The notes beneath the pieces are model-generated. The model was not told the origin of the DNA. It saw only the letters and a program-made list of their open reading frames with translations, and did not search any database. 64,000 bases of DNA, from the NCBI GenBank assembly GCA_009914755.4, contig CP086569.2, forward strand, positions 16,256,001 to 16,320,000, read 5' to 3'. Of the stretch, positions 1 to 14,017 are shown piece after piece. The translations under genes were made by a program, and so were the position numbers. The DNA is from the human T2T-CHM13v2.0 reference genome, Homo sapiens. Position 1 is the first letter of the stretch; the number at the start of each line of letters is the position of its first letter.

Positions 1-1955
1 AAGAAAGCTGCTGAACACAGCTGATCAACAGCAACATGCCATATGAAAAGAGCATCCTCACACTGTCATTAGCCATATGGATTAATTCCAGGGACCACAC
101 GCATTCATGGAGGTCATCATAGAGCCAATTATGAGAGGACTAGTTATCAGAAAGAATAAAAAATACCAGGATCCTTCCCAACTTTAACTTATGCTGACTA
201 GCACATCAGGAACATCTAAATCCATACAAGGTATGATGGTTTCTCTAAAATTTTATTTTAAATTGTCATATAATCACGTCTATTTTAATAATATCACAAC
301 CTAACGTCCCTACTTTGTCAATTGTTACACAAAAGAATCAACATAGTCATTTTTTCCAAACATCTAAAGCCATTCAAGGTAAGGCAACACACAGATATCT
401 GGAGCACATAACAGATAAGCCTTTAGAACAATGAATGACTATCATCAGAGATAAATAGGGACATTTCATAATCATAAATATGTCAGTTCATTAATAAGAC
501 ATAATCCTAAATAACACCAAATAGCAGAGCTTCACAATGTATACAGCAAAAACTAATAGAACTGAATGGAGAAACACAAATGTAGAAATAAGTTTAAAAC
601 TCCTCTATGAAAAATTTATATAAAAATTAGAAAAGAAGTAAGAATATAGAAGACTTCAGAACCACTGTCAAGCAACCTGACCTAATAGATGTTCACACAA
701 TAATTCTCCCAACAACAGCAAAATCCACATTATTTTTAAGTGCACACAGAACACCCAATAGGAAAGATCCTATTATAAACAATAAAACAATTCTCAAAAA
801 TTATAAAATACTTAAAATCATATAGAATAACTTCTCTAATGATGATAGAATTAAAATAGACATTAATAATTATAGAAAGGAATTTGGAGAGCCACAAATA
901 TTTGGATGTTAAACTTCTACGTAAGGCATGGGTCAAAAATGAAATCACAAAGGGAAACTAGTAGTATTTTGTAGAGAACCAAAAACTATCAAAATTTCTG
1001 AGATGTAGCTAAAACACAGTTTAGAGGAAAACTGATGGCATTGAGTGATATGTTAAATAATAAGGTCTCAAATAAGTGATCTAAGTTGACACATTAAACA
1101 CCTTAAAGAAAATTCAATGATGTAAGCTTTTACCCCAAGAAAGTGAAGTAAAATTGCAAAATAAACCCAAAACAAATAAAAGGAAGGAAATAATAAAAAT
1201 AAGAGAGAAAATGAACGAAATGAAAAGTAGAATACAGAAAACCAACTAAATCAAAAGTGGGTTCTTTGAAAAGAGAAATTAGATTAGTAGATTTCTAGCT
1301 AAGCTGATCAAAAAAAATAAAGAAGATCCAAATGTACCAATATTAGCAGGGAAAGAGGGGACATCACTACAGATCCCAACATCAATAAAATGATAAAAAC
1401 TTAATTTTTACAGGATTAATGGCAACACATTTGACCATTTAGATGAAATGAGATAATTCTTTGAAAGATATAACTCCCTCAAGAAGACATGAATAACCTG
1501 AATAGCTTTCTGCCTATGAAAAGAATTGAATTTGTAGTTAAAAACCTCCTTCTCACATCTAGGATCAGACACCCTCACTGGTAAATTTACCGACTTCCCA
1601 AGAAAAAAAAGAATGCCAATTCTAAACACACTTTTCAGAAAATTGGAGGGAACACCTCTCAACTCATTTTACATCAGCACTTCCCTGATCCCAAAACCAG
1701 ACAAAAGCCAGACAAGAAAACGACAGATCTCATGAACACATATATACACCTCCACACATAAAAACAATATTCAATCAGTGTAGAAGTACTCCACCTGAAG
1801 AGCTTCTACAGAACATGAATTCATTAGTTAAAAATACTAAAATATCGCACTACTTCATTAGTTTGCAACAATCACTGATTAGTATCACAGAAGACTACAT
1901 TTATAAGCTAAACTTCAGTGTTAACCTTAACACAACTGGTAGATGAGATAAAATA
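1..1955 (+). mobile_element. Ancient L1 (L1M/L1PB-like) fragment: ORF2 endonuclease plus 5' part of RT, degenerate
   Basis: Translation gives recognisable L1 ORF2 motifs with many stops (e.g. ...WFFEKINKIDKPLARL..., DEMDKFLE.YNLP.L.QEE, ...[15 protein letters not shown]). Frameshifted but co-linear with L1 ORF2. AT-rich. Confidence 0.75.
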
Positions 1956-1957
1956 AA

Positions 1958-1960
1958 GGT

Positions 1961-1990
<30 letters not shown>
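1958..1990. repeat. (TA)n simple repeat
   Basis: Uninterrupted tatata... run. Confidence 0.9.
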
Positions 1991-1992
<2 letters not shown>

Positions 1993-1993
<1 letters not shown>

Positions 1994-2165
1994 GCCAAGC
2001 ATGTGTGGTAGTGCATGCTGTAATCCCAGTTAATTGGGAGGCTTAGGCAAGAGAATCGCTTGAACCCAGAAGTGGAGGTTGCAGTGAGCCAATATTGCAC
2101 CACTACACTCCAGCCTGGGCAGCAGAGCCAGATTCCATCTCAAGAAAACAAACAAAAAAAAGAAA
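1993..2165 (+). mobile_element. Alu fragment (right arm) with A-rich tail
   Basis: ...aatcgcttgaacccagaagtggaggttgcagtgagcc...cactacactccagcctgggcagcagagc... followed by an A-rich tail. Confidence 0.7.
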
Positions 2166-2402
2166 CAAAAAAAATTAGGCAATCATGAACTTCTGTCTGG
2201 ATGTACATAGTCATTAAAGCTGAGTATCAAAACCTGAATTTAAAACAAGATTTTAAAATTACTGTATCACACATCTTTAAAGCAATATTTAAAAAAATAA
2301 TGGAGGACATTTAAACACATGGCTCTCTGTAAAACACAATGCATAAAGAAAATTTTGTTAAAGTACTTTGGTGCTATTAATTTTAAAAACTTAAATACAT
2401 AT

Positions 2403-2696
2403 TTTTTATTATTATTATTGTTCTGAGACAGGGTCTTGCATTGTGATGCAGGCTGGAGTACAGTCAAGCAATCATAGCAGCCTCAACCTCCTGGGATCAA
2501 ACAATCCCCCAGACTCACCTTCCCTAATAGCTGGGACTACAGGAGCATGCCACCATGCCCAGTAAATTTTTATGTTTTGTAGAGACAAAGTCTCCCTCTG
2601 TTGCCTAAGCTGATCTCAAACTTCTGCCTTAAGCAATCCTCTTGCCTTAGCCTCTCAAAGTCCTGAGCTTACAGGTGTGAGCCACTGTGCCCAGCC
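2403..2696 (-). mobile_element. Alu (full length, minus orientation)
   Basis: Reverse-complement Alu: T-rich head, gagacagggtcttgc...ggctggagtacagt..., ends ...ggtgtgagccactgtgcccagcc. Confidence 0.9.
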
Positions 2697-4189
2697 TATT
2701 ATTTTATTTTAGCTTATCCTTTTTGCATTTCTATTGCTGTGAATTCTTTCTAAGATACCAGCTGTAACAGTGGAGTACATAAACAAATGCACACCAATGT
2801 GTTTAGACTGGAATGCAGCTCAATATTCTTATTGACGGAGAATGAATCAAAAATGGTTTTGGAAGATTGCTTTACAGCACCACAGCATACTGACATCTTC
2901 AAAATGCTACGGACTCCTATGAAGATGAAAGCCAAGACAAGACTATGACCACAGTCAGAGACTATGGGACATCCGTCAATTATATGCCCTCTTTGAGCTT
3001 CAATTTTGTCATCTGTCAAAGAGAAATGATTACTGTTCCTCATGGAATTAATTCACAAGAAGAACAATGCCTGGAAAATGACATGGGTGAGGAAGCCCCA
3101 GATAAATGTTAGGTAGTGTCGTTATCATCAGATATAGCTCCAGTGTATCAGCAGGAAGGAACGATCCTAATCACCTGATTGAAAACTGCCTGATGCCTTC
3201 ACAAAGTTTTTCATCTTTTAAAGATTGCACACAAACTTTGTCTTACTCACTGGCCTTCCCTGAGAAGTAAAAGACTAAAAAATGCAAATGGAGTTCTGTT
3301 CTAGGGAGAAGCTGGTTAATTACGTGTATAAATGAACTCCAGTTCCCAGCTCCTAGAATTTGGTGTGCTTCCGTGGGTTTACAGGAAGCGCAGAGAGACA
3401 GATATCTAGATATCTGTTGCTCCAAACAATCAGCTCACAGGACACCTCTCCAGGGGAAGAACTGGGGAATGTGGAGAATCAGCACTGTGAGTGGGAAGAA
3501 ACGCTCCTGCTTTCCTCCATCCTAGAGACCCAAGGTGGGTGAGAACAGGGATGTGCAATTAAACAGGATTAAACAAAGGAAAGAGGCAGAAGACAGGCAG
3601 CTGCCGCGCGGTCTCAGGTGTTCTTGGCATTCATTTTTGGGTGATCTGGCCATCAGAACCCTACGAGCCTGGACATTCTCTGTACTGAGACCTGCAGTGA
3701 GCAGCAGAAGCAAGTTGGGGGTAATAGGGGTTGACAGCGCAAATGGGGAGAGGGAACCGCTTAGAGGGCCAGGCATGTCATTAATGCTGTGTGCCGAGAA
3801 CCATGTCCTAGGCCTCAGTCTAGAAGAGCTCTATGAAGTGAGACATGGAAGACAGCTCTATGAAGACAGTGTGACATGGAGGACTTGAAGTGAGCCATGG
3901 AAGTCTGCCACTGGGGCAGACGATGTGGTCAGCTGATGGATGCCACCTTGCTATGAGAAGAGAAGACAGTGATGCTGTTGCAGACAAGACACACCTGTGG
4001 GATTCTGCTGAGCCTCCACCTCCTACATGGGCATCCTAAGGGTTCCTAGCCCCTCTCACCTGACCCCACCATGGGGAAGGTGCCTTGGCATGCTGTCTTT
4101 CTTAGGGGCTACTTTCGCAATTGCCTGAAGGGAAGCTGTTATGCTTTAAAAGCTGTGTGTGACTGAGAGCAGTAGGTGGAATGGTGGCC

Positions 4190-4620
4190 CCCAAACAGAA
4201 GCCCTAACGCAAGGTACTTCTGCTTTTGTTTAGAAAAAGTCTTTGAAGATGTAATTAAGTTAAAAATCTTCAGATAAGCTCACCTTGGATTTAGGATGGG
4301 CCCTAAATGTGATAACTGTTGTCTTTGGAAGTGACCGAAAAGGGGTGAGAAAAACAGAGAAGAAGGCCACGTGGAAACAGAGGCAGAGACTGGAGAGATG
4401 TGGCCACAAGGCCAGGGAAGCCTGGAGTCTCCAGGAGCTGGGAGAAGCAGGAAGGACACTCCCCTAGAACTTCCAGAGGGCGTGTGGCCCTGAGACACCT
4501 TGATTTCAGACTTCCGGTCTCCAGAACTGGGAGCGAGTCAATTTCTTGTATTAGAAGTTGAGAGTTTTCAGTATCTTGTGGCAGCAGCCCAAGAAATGAA
4601 TACACAAGTGCTCTGTTCTT
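4190..4620 (+). mobile_element. MaLR LTR, MLT1-like (solo LTR)
   Basis: Hallmark string ...ccttgatttcagacttccggtctccagaactgggagcgagtcaatttcttgtattagaag... plus upstream ...ggatttaggatgggccctaaatgtgataact...; same family as copy at 9125-9540. Confidence 0.6.
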
Positions 4621-4996
4621 GAATGTGAATGAGCAGAACAGACACTGCCACGTGTTTGTGGAAGAAGACACAAACAGGCAGAAGACAAGAATCTGCCAGA
4701 AAACAATGGCAATACAGAGAAAAGTGGGCAAAGAAGCAACAGTCATGATAATAGTATTCATGGAGACATAAGTTACTGAGTCTTTAAAACAAAAACAGAA
4801 AGCTAGGAAAGTACAATGCCCAGAAGAAGAAAGAGCATAGAAGGGTTAAAACAAATCAGGAGATGAGGGCGGACACAGGCAATGTCAGCTAAAACACCAA
4901 GCTGTCTGGCATGCGGTTCAAGGAGGTTGCCGGGCAGGTGGTAAACAGACTGCTTCCCTTTCTCGCTCCCTAGAAATATGTCAGATGTGCAGGTTT

Positions 4997-5140
4997 GGCC
5001 GGTCACGGTGGCTCACACCTGCAATCCTGGCACTTTGGGAGGTCGCGGCGGGCAGATTACTTCAGGTCAGCAGTTTGAGACCTGCCTGGCTAACGTGGTG
5101 AAACCCCGTGTGTGCTAAAAATACAAAAATCCAGCCAGGC
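4997..5140 (+). mobile_element. Alu left arm (5' half of an older Alu split by nested insertions)
   Basis: ggccggtcacggtggctcacacctgcaatcc...ctaaaaatacaaaaat, then abruptly interrupted; the matching right arm resumes at 5746. Confidence 0.7.
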
Positions 5141-5745
<605 letters not shown>

Positions 5746-5896
5746 AAAAATCAGCCAAGTGTGGTGGCGCGTGCCTGTAATTCCAGCTACTCGGGAGGCA
5801 GAGGTTGCAGTGAGCCAGATCGTGCCACTGCACTCCAGCATGAGTAATAGAGTGTAACTCTGTCTCACAAAAGCAAAAACAAAACAAAACAAAAGA
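5746..5896 (+). mobile_element. Alu right arm (3' half of the split older Alu) with A-rich tail
   Basis: cacaaaaatcagccaagtgtggtggcgcgtgcctgtaattccagctactcgggaggcagaggttgcagtgagcc...; repeats the acaaaaat found at the break in the left arm. Confidence 0.7.
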
Positions 5897-8800
5897 TATA
5901 TGTCATGTGTGATTTTTAAAACACTGACAATATTCAAATATACATAGAAACTGCCTGATTGATGTTGCTTTGTTCCCTGTGAGGCAGTTTCACTTCCTGA
6001 GGACTACAGAGAAACCCTGCCACCCTCTGGCCTCCACCCTCTTCCTAAGGCTCAGAATCTGAGCTGTTACCTGCATCTTTGCCGTGAAGACATAGCTCAT
6101 GTGCTATCACTTCCTGGAAATTTTACCAGGCTCCTCACACCCTTGTAACCCTCTGGGATTCACCGCAACACCTCCAGCAGCTGGCTGCAGTTATTTCACT
6201 TGTATGTATGCGGTTAGAAACTTCCACTCAAGAAGGAGTCATAACCTCTGCACTCCCAAGACCCCCATGCAGACATCCCGTCAATAAACTGCTTATTTCC
6301 TGCCCTCTGTTTTCCTCATCCTCATACTCCATTCCCTCTGTTCTTAGGAATGGAAGGCAGTGGTGGGGGCAGGAATCATTCCTTTTCCTTGCAGTACATG
6401 TGTGCACATTGGAATAGAAAGTGATTTCAGATACATAGTGGGAAGGCGAGCTAGTTTTCCTTTGACTCCATCCATGGCTGATGAAGCAAGCTGAATGCTG
6501 GCTGTGGGGGTGTGAGGATGCCCACTGCGCTACACAACAATGCTCAGAGTTTCTTAGAGTTTGTGTTTCCAATTAGGAGGCCACGCTTGGCTGGCACATG
6601 CTGGGCCCTCAATAAATATGACTGATATTGAATAGAAAATTAGGGCAAAGTTCATTAAAAATAACATCTGGCTACGTGAAAATCACTCAGATTCTAGATT
6701 TTAAGTGTTCTCCCCACAAAACATGATCAGAAAGTGAGATGATACATGTGATCATTAGCTTGATGCAGCCACTCCACAATGTATACACACTTCAAAACAT
6801 GTTGTGCATGATATCTACATATGATTTTTATTTGTCAATTAACAATTAAGTTAAAAAAATAGCATCCAGTTATCCGAGTTCATGGTGGGGAGCCTTCTCA
6901 TGGAGCGGTTAGTGTTCTCCTCTACACAAGACAGACCTGTTACTCTCTAATAAGATGCTGCCTCCTGGAGAATGTGTACCCAGGGAGCACACACGCTCCA
7001 TCAGACTTTGCTGTTGTGGTATAGCATACGGAGACGGTATAAGATTCGATGTGACTGACAGGCACATTTATCCAAGAGAAAACTTTCAAGATCTGATGCA
7101 GTAATGCAGTGTTTCCATTCTTATTTCTTGCTTACTTGAAGTTCCTTGAGCTAGCTGAAAGCACTTACTGTTGTGAGGCTTCCTAAGGAAACATCAGTGC
7201 CAGGTTCTTCACAAATGTCACACATGATCTCACAAGGAAGGTACCATGTTCTGAAAAACACTGTGCTTTAGAATACTAGAATTTTTGGCACTTTACAATG
7301 CAAGGACTTGTCTTGCTCTCTGAACACTGGGTCTTACATGGGCAACTTGGCCCATGAGCCAAGTCCCTGAGCATTCAGTCATTAATGGACAGTCAGAGGC
7401 CACATGCAGGAAGCTGCTGCTGTGCGAATAGCTGATGCCCTGAGTGAGTTGACCAGGAAAGCAGAAAGATGTCTGCAGGCCAAACAGGCACCTGGGATTC
7501 CATAAAATGGATGCAAGTTAACTTTACATCATACGGGGTAGGCTGTATAGGTCAGGTATTCACAGAGGGGTCCACAAAATGGATTTTAGCAAACTGCAAG
7601 TTTAACATCTGTTTAATTTTAAAAGAAATGTGGTGATTCATTTATTTCTTGTTCAAGGTTTATTGAAGGAAACATAAGTCCATGAGGACAGGTCGCTAGC
7701 ACTGTGAGTAATGGACTGGTCGCGCTCAGTGACAAAGTGTCTCCTGGACCAGACTCTACCCAGGCTGCTCTGAGTCTTTTTCTCTACAATGCCCCTACAC
7801 TGGCCTATAAAGACTTGAACATGTTCAGCAGCTCAAGGTCATACCCCTAGATGACTCTAATCCCCTTAAAGTACTTGCCTATGAAAACTCAAGGCTGCCA
7901 AAATAACTAACTAATCATTGGTTCCAGCCATCCCTGCTAGACAAGCCTCTGTGGAAGGGCAGGAGCCTGACTTCTATCAGCACCAGTGAAACCCAGATGG
8001 CTTCACACTGACCAAACCCTCTTCCCGCTTTTTGCAATTTTCACTTCCCTGACTCTGCTGAGCCCCTCCTAACCCTTCCCTACTCCCTGAGTTTCCGTTT
8101 AAAATGTCCGGTCACCTCTGGGCTAATTGATGTTGAGTCCAGTTTCACATATGTGTTTTCTCTATTGCAAAAGTGTAAATTATGGAAGAAAATCTGTGCT
8201 GACCACTTTAACTACTGTTTGGCTGTGTTTATCCTTGACGCTAGAAAATAACCAAAGTCATATTCCCCAGAGTACATAGTATTCACATTCATATACATAG
8301 TTTTAAAAATTGTAACTTCAAGTATAAATTTAAAAGAAATATTAACTAATTTAAGAAATGTCAATAATATAGATTCTTGATTTTTATAAGTTCTGTAAGT
8401 TTATCTATTAAAATGGAACCATCACTTACAAACACTACTGTGTGCTTTTTAGTTCCCTCACAGGAAACTTCTGGTAGCCACAGCCACTGTGATTGGGCAT
8501 CTCTTAATAATTTACTGCAGAGCCATGCCTAGGCCTATTCCTCTTCTGAACTTCTCCAAGCTCTAGGGAGCAAGCTTCTTTCTCAGACATCACTGATTTT
8601 GGCAAAGCACCTCTTTCCTTTTTCCAGGCCTTCCAAATGAATTCTGCTGCTTTGAAAAGGTGCTTGCTGGGAGGAACAGGGCCCCTGGTCATGTGCAGAT
8701 CTTCAGTCCTAATTTACTAGGGACCTTTCACCAACTCAAAGCTAGTATCAGGGATCACCACTGCTTGCACCATGAGATCTGTCTCATGGAATTGAGTCAC

Positions 8801-9124
8801 TCACCTATATCCTCAGTGTAAGACAGTGTGGTAGCATAGAAGGAAGGGAAACAAGAGAAAGGAATTGGGCTGGGGGGCTGGAAGAGGAACAGGGCTCTGG
8901 CCAAGTCTGGCTGAACCTCCCGGAACACTCCAGCCAAACGTAAGTGACTGAGCCCACACCCCAGCTCAGGGCCCTCCTGGAACACTCCAGCCAAATAGCA
9001 GTGACTAAGCCTGCACCCCAGATCAGGGCAGCATCAGGTTCTGGGGCACCCTGGACACTGGCAGTCTGGGCTATGAATAGGAAAGTATGGGTGGAGGTAT
9101 AATGGCTTGACAGTGCCCTCCTCG

Positions 9125-9540
9125 CAAAATTCATGTTCACCTAAAATGTCGGAATAGGACCTTATTTGGAAATAGGGTCTTTGCAGATGTAATCAAGTTA
9201 TTATGAGGCCATTCTAAATTAAGGTTGGACCCTAAATCCAATGAAAGGAGAGGGAAATTTGGAGAAAGTGACACATAGGCTGTGGGAGGGCATGTGAAAA
9301 TGGAGGCAGAGATTGGGGAGATGAAGCTACAAGTCAAGGAAAGCTAAGGGTGGCCGGCAACTACCAGCAGCTGAAAAAAGGCAGGAAGGATCCTTCCCTA
9401 GAGCCTTGAGAGGGAGTGCAGCCCTGCTCACACCTTGACTTCGGACTTCTAGCCTTCTGAGGTGTCAGACAATAAGTTTCTGCTGCTTTAAGCCACGGAG
9501 TTTCTTAATTAACACAGCACTACCAGGAAGCTAATACAGT
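9125..9540 (+). mobile_element. MaLR LTR, MLT1-like (solo LTR)
   Basis: ...aaattcatgttcacctaaaatgtcggaataggaccttatttggaaatagggtctttgcagatgtaatcaagtt...ccttgacttcggacttctagccttctgaggtgtcagacaataagtttctgctgctttaagccac... Confidence 0.65.
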
Positions 9541-10299
9541 GCATTGACCCTGGAGGAAAAAACTTGGATAGACTGAGGTTCTATCTGTGAGATGACCTTA
9601 AACCACCTTAATTATCTTTCTCAAATTCTGGTACTTGACACACAAATTTGTGATACTTGATGGGGAGACAGTGTGGGAAACCTGTGTTTCCTTCTTTGGC
9701 AAACATTAAATACTGATGGAAATAAAGCAGTTATGGAAATAAATATAAACTAACTCCTTTTAAATCTTCAAACAAACAGTTGCAAGAGTCTAGTTTGCAT
9801 TTATTTGATCTGCAGGTCTTGGTGCAACACAGAGGATGAGCATCCGACTACCTTCAAATGTACTGCTGTTCTATCCACAGCTGGCTGCTTGCTCTGCAGC
9901 AATATATGCTGTCTAATGCTCTCTGGGATCGCTGAAATGTGACTGGCATAAACTCCTCCAACCAAAGAAGCGCCTTTCTCTAGAATCTCCTTATCAGTAT
10001 CATGAATGGCATAGTTTGTGTTCTGCTCCAATTTCACAGACTTACAGCAGAATTTCAGATTAAAATGGAAAGCCGGGGAGGGCAATTCAAACCACTGAGC
10101 AATGCCTGGTAATTACAGATGGATCAAACAATAAAAGTTAAAACAAAACTTTTTTTTCAGACATTGAAAACAAGAGACAAAGTAATACTGAGTAATGCAG
10201 GAATTTTATTTCAGAAAAATTGATTCTGCATTTCTACATTAGTTTCTGTGAAGTGAACGTAAGACTACAGTGTGTAATTTCCTTTTCTTAAGTAGTGAC

Positions 10300-10392
10300 A
10301 GGATTTTACTTTGTTGGCCAGGATTGTCTCGAGTTCCTGTCCTCAAGCAACCTGCCTCCCTCAGTCTCCTACAATGCTGGCATTACAGGTGT
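10300..10392 (-). mobile_element. Alu left-monomer fragment
   Basis: ttttactttgttggccaggattgtctcgagttcctg(t/a)cctcaagcaacctgcctccctcagtctcc.acaatgctggcattacaggtgt. Confidence 0.6.
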
Positions 10393-10559
10393 AGAGTGTG
10401 ATAGTGGGAGTGAATGTCTGCCCTTTCTCATTCCTTTGCTAAGCACTAGGACTTTGGAAGGAAGGGCTCTCCACCTGATCTTACTGACCTTAAGTGCCCC
10501 TCATCCAGGCAGGACTTGATGTCCTAATGTTAAAAAATGACTGTAAATTTCCCTGCAGT

Positions 10560-10970
10560 ATAGACTTGCCTCTGTAACATCTTACATGAAAACTTCACTC
10601 TCACTATAGAATGGTGTACTGGTCCTTGCTTCTTTCCCTTATAAAGAATAACTATGACTTTACAAAAAAAAATGCCATTTTACTAATAGCATGGGATACG
10701 TATGAGTGTCCTTGTGATCCAGATTTGCCACTGTAGCAATTTACACACAAATTGTTCTCTGACTCTAGCAAGTAGTACTAACCCCTGATCCCTTTTTTTT
10801 TAAACCCCTTGCAGAGAATGACTGGACTAGTACTTTGCAGTATAATGCCATTTTACAACACATGAAATGCATGAGAGTTTCCTTGTGTTCTAGATGTGCC
10901 TCTGTGACAACCTGCATGCAAACTGCTCTCTGACTCTAACGTTGGCTACTGATCCATGATCTTTGCTTTT
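10560..10970. repeat. Local tandem repeat, ~135-bp unit, ~3 diverged copies
   Basis: Blocks 10561-10640, 10672-10795 and 10848-10965 share tgccattttac...catg.gatac/gcatgag.gt(t)ccttgtg.tc.agat.tgcc.ctgt.gcaa...a.ctg.tctctgactcta.c..g.tactga/aacccctgatc. Confidence 0.5.
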
Positions 10971-11748
10971 CTTTCCTTTTAGAAAATGGCTATACTAGGA
11001 CTGAAGAGCATAATATCAACAAAAATGACAACCAAAGTTTAAGTTCTAAGCCTCTTGAAAGGCAGGGAAGAATATATAGATTACAGGAGCATCTGGAAAG
11101 GATGTGTGTTCCCCAGAGAGGACTACATTTCAGATGTGGATCCCCACAACAGAAGACTGGGGGCTGAGTCACCAGGCAGATTCTAAGTAAGCTACACAGC
11201 ACCACTTGGGGGCACAAGTGGGAGCCTTCTCCAAACTGGAAGTTACTACCTGTAGTTAGTTTTTTCATCAATAGGCCTTGAAATATTGGTATTTGAGGGT
11301 TGTTGTCATGAGGTAACTTCCTTCCCCAGAGAAGAGTTCTCTAGGATCTTTTTTGGCTGTGCATAAAAAAGAGTGAGGTGAAGGGACCTGGCGGGCTCAC
11401 AGCGCAGGGTGCAGGGATCTTTTATCTACATCCTCCACTGTGCCTGATCACCAGAGATCTGAAGTCTTTCTGGCTCTGTGTATAAACCTGTTTTCTGCCC
11501 CAGGTGGCATTTTGAATGCACAACTTGGGGTGGAGGGCCCAGTGGCTCGGCTACTTCATATTTTGAATTTAAACTGCTCTGCAGTGTTTTAGCTCTTTGT
11601 TTTATCCTGTGTTTTTTTAAAAACAGAAATTCACCCTACTACATGTTTTTAAATGAAAAGAGTATTTTCACTCTTTCACAACGTGTTTTAACAATGATCT
11701 TATAACCTGTGAAAATGAGATGAAGTTCCACTTTCTATGTCTTTACAG

Positions 11749-11922
11749 ACAGTTCGGAGCGCAGCACCAGCACGCACTCACCACTGTTTACGGCTACTTG
11801 CTTCTCAACACAGCAAAGCTGAAGGCTTCACACATACACCATGGGGTCTGCAAAGCTGAAAACATAGAGAAAGCTTGCTGGCTTCTGCTAGATAGCAAAC
11901 AAATCATGCGCAGGCCCAAGAG
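11749..11922 (+). CDS. Candidate coding exon (hypothetical): 174 nt open frame ending in an RRPKR dibasic motif
   Basis: Upstream polypyrimidine tract plus AG (ttccactttctatgtctttacag|). Downstream AG|gtgaaa. Length 174 = 3x58, open in one frame. Five CpGs in 174 nt despite CpG-poor surroundings. No homolog recognised. Confidence 0.2.
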
Positions 11923-13360
11923 GTGAAAGGAAAGCGGTAACATTAGGTAGGATGGAAATATAAGAGGTATATTTTGTAATGCAGGAAGTCAGCCAGGCAT
12001 TGACACCTAACCCCTTCGCCCCCTTGCCTGTGACACTAATGAGAAGAATTACTGTCAGTTTTTCAAGGAATTCATGCACAGACCAGATAGGAAATTAACC
12101 TCATGAGAGAATTACCATCCTAGAAACAGAATCCAAAAGCCCCCAGTGAGTTTCTTCCATTAACCATTTAGTTAAATAATGTCTAACACTCCTCAAATTA
12201 TTACAGCATTATTGGAGCAAATTATCAAAATAATATTGAGAATTTAAAGTATATTTGGAATCTACATATTATATATATTGTATAATAACTCACTAAAAAT
12301 ATGTAGCATAAAGGTTTATTAATGTTAGTTTGAAGTACAGTTCCTGTACTATGCAGCTGAATCCAAATAGAGTTTTTTTAGTTAACCAAGTATAGAACAT
12401 TTTATGAGCCACAGACCCCCCATTTCAATGCAACCAGAAAGGAGCAGAATTTTTTAAATTAAAAAAAAAATTCTTAGTCCCATGAAATAAAATTCATATA
12501 AATCTCTAATCGACAAAAAGGATGTATATAAAGATTAAATCAGTTTGATATACCAACATGCTTAAATTTCCTTATTAAATTGCCCTTACAATAGGCTGTG
12601 CATCGTACAAAGAAAAATCAGAAAAATAAGATTCATACAACCCAGACAGTATCTCTTTTGGGAGTTTTATAGTATTTTTCTAAAATGTGGGACATTCAGA
12701 AAATGCCCACTTCCCTCAAGCTAGCTGGTAAGTGACCCTCTGATTATATGCGTCACATCTCACCTGTATCTAACAGGGAGAGCCAGTTGCAACAACAGAA
12801 ACTCCTGTGTTGTCACAATGAAGAGGCTGGAGGCTACCATGCGGGCTCCCACAAGCCCCCACCTCACCCCAAACAGGTCAGACCCCACCCCCTCAGACAC
12901 AATCTTGTGCTCCATCCTGTGTGACAAAGGATAACACCATTGGCAAATTCGCAGTTCAATGTGGGAGTCTACTATCAGTTTTAGAATTTGCTCTTTGCCC
13001 TCAAAATCAAGTAAATTTTTTTTTGTGTTATGTAACAGATGAGAAGCAGAGGACTTTTCACAGTTTTACATTGATATGAGAAACAAGTGGCACTGAACAC
13101 TTCCAAAGGGTCATTGGCAACTCCATGAAAAAGACTTTTTGATCATCAGGAGTCTCTTCTCCTTACAGAAGCTACACCAGCATTCTTTCTGGACATTATG
13201 CCATCTCTATAGCCAGCTGTCAATAGTACATAAAAAAGAAAGGGAAAGATACTGATGAACAGTATTTTGTTCTGATCAGGACATACTTAGTTCATCACTT
13301 GACTGTGCTAACTCAGGTCTCCTAGGTTTCACTAGAATGTGCAAAGCTTTGGAAACTTAA

Positions 13361-13878
<518 letters not shown>

Positions 13879-14017
13879 CCAATTTTTTTGTATCTTTATA
13901 GAGACATGGTTTCACCATGTTGGTCGGGCTGCTGTCAAACTCCTGACCTCCAGCGATACACCTGCCTTGACCTCCCAAAGTGCTGGGATTACAGGTGTGA
14001 GCCATTGCACCCAGGCT
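13879..14017 (-). mobile_element. Alu left-arm fragment, minus orientation
   Basis: ...agagacatggtttcaccatgttggtcgggctgctgtcaaactcctgacctccagcgatacacctgccttgacctcccaaagtgctgggattacaggtgtgagccattgcacccaggc. Confidence 0.7.

Noticed and set aside
2750-3043. 97-aa minus-strand ORF
   Set aside because: It has no recognisable homology and no splice or promoter context. It is within the expected size of chance ORFs in 64 kb.
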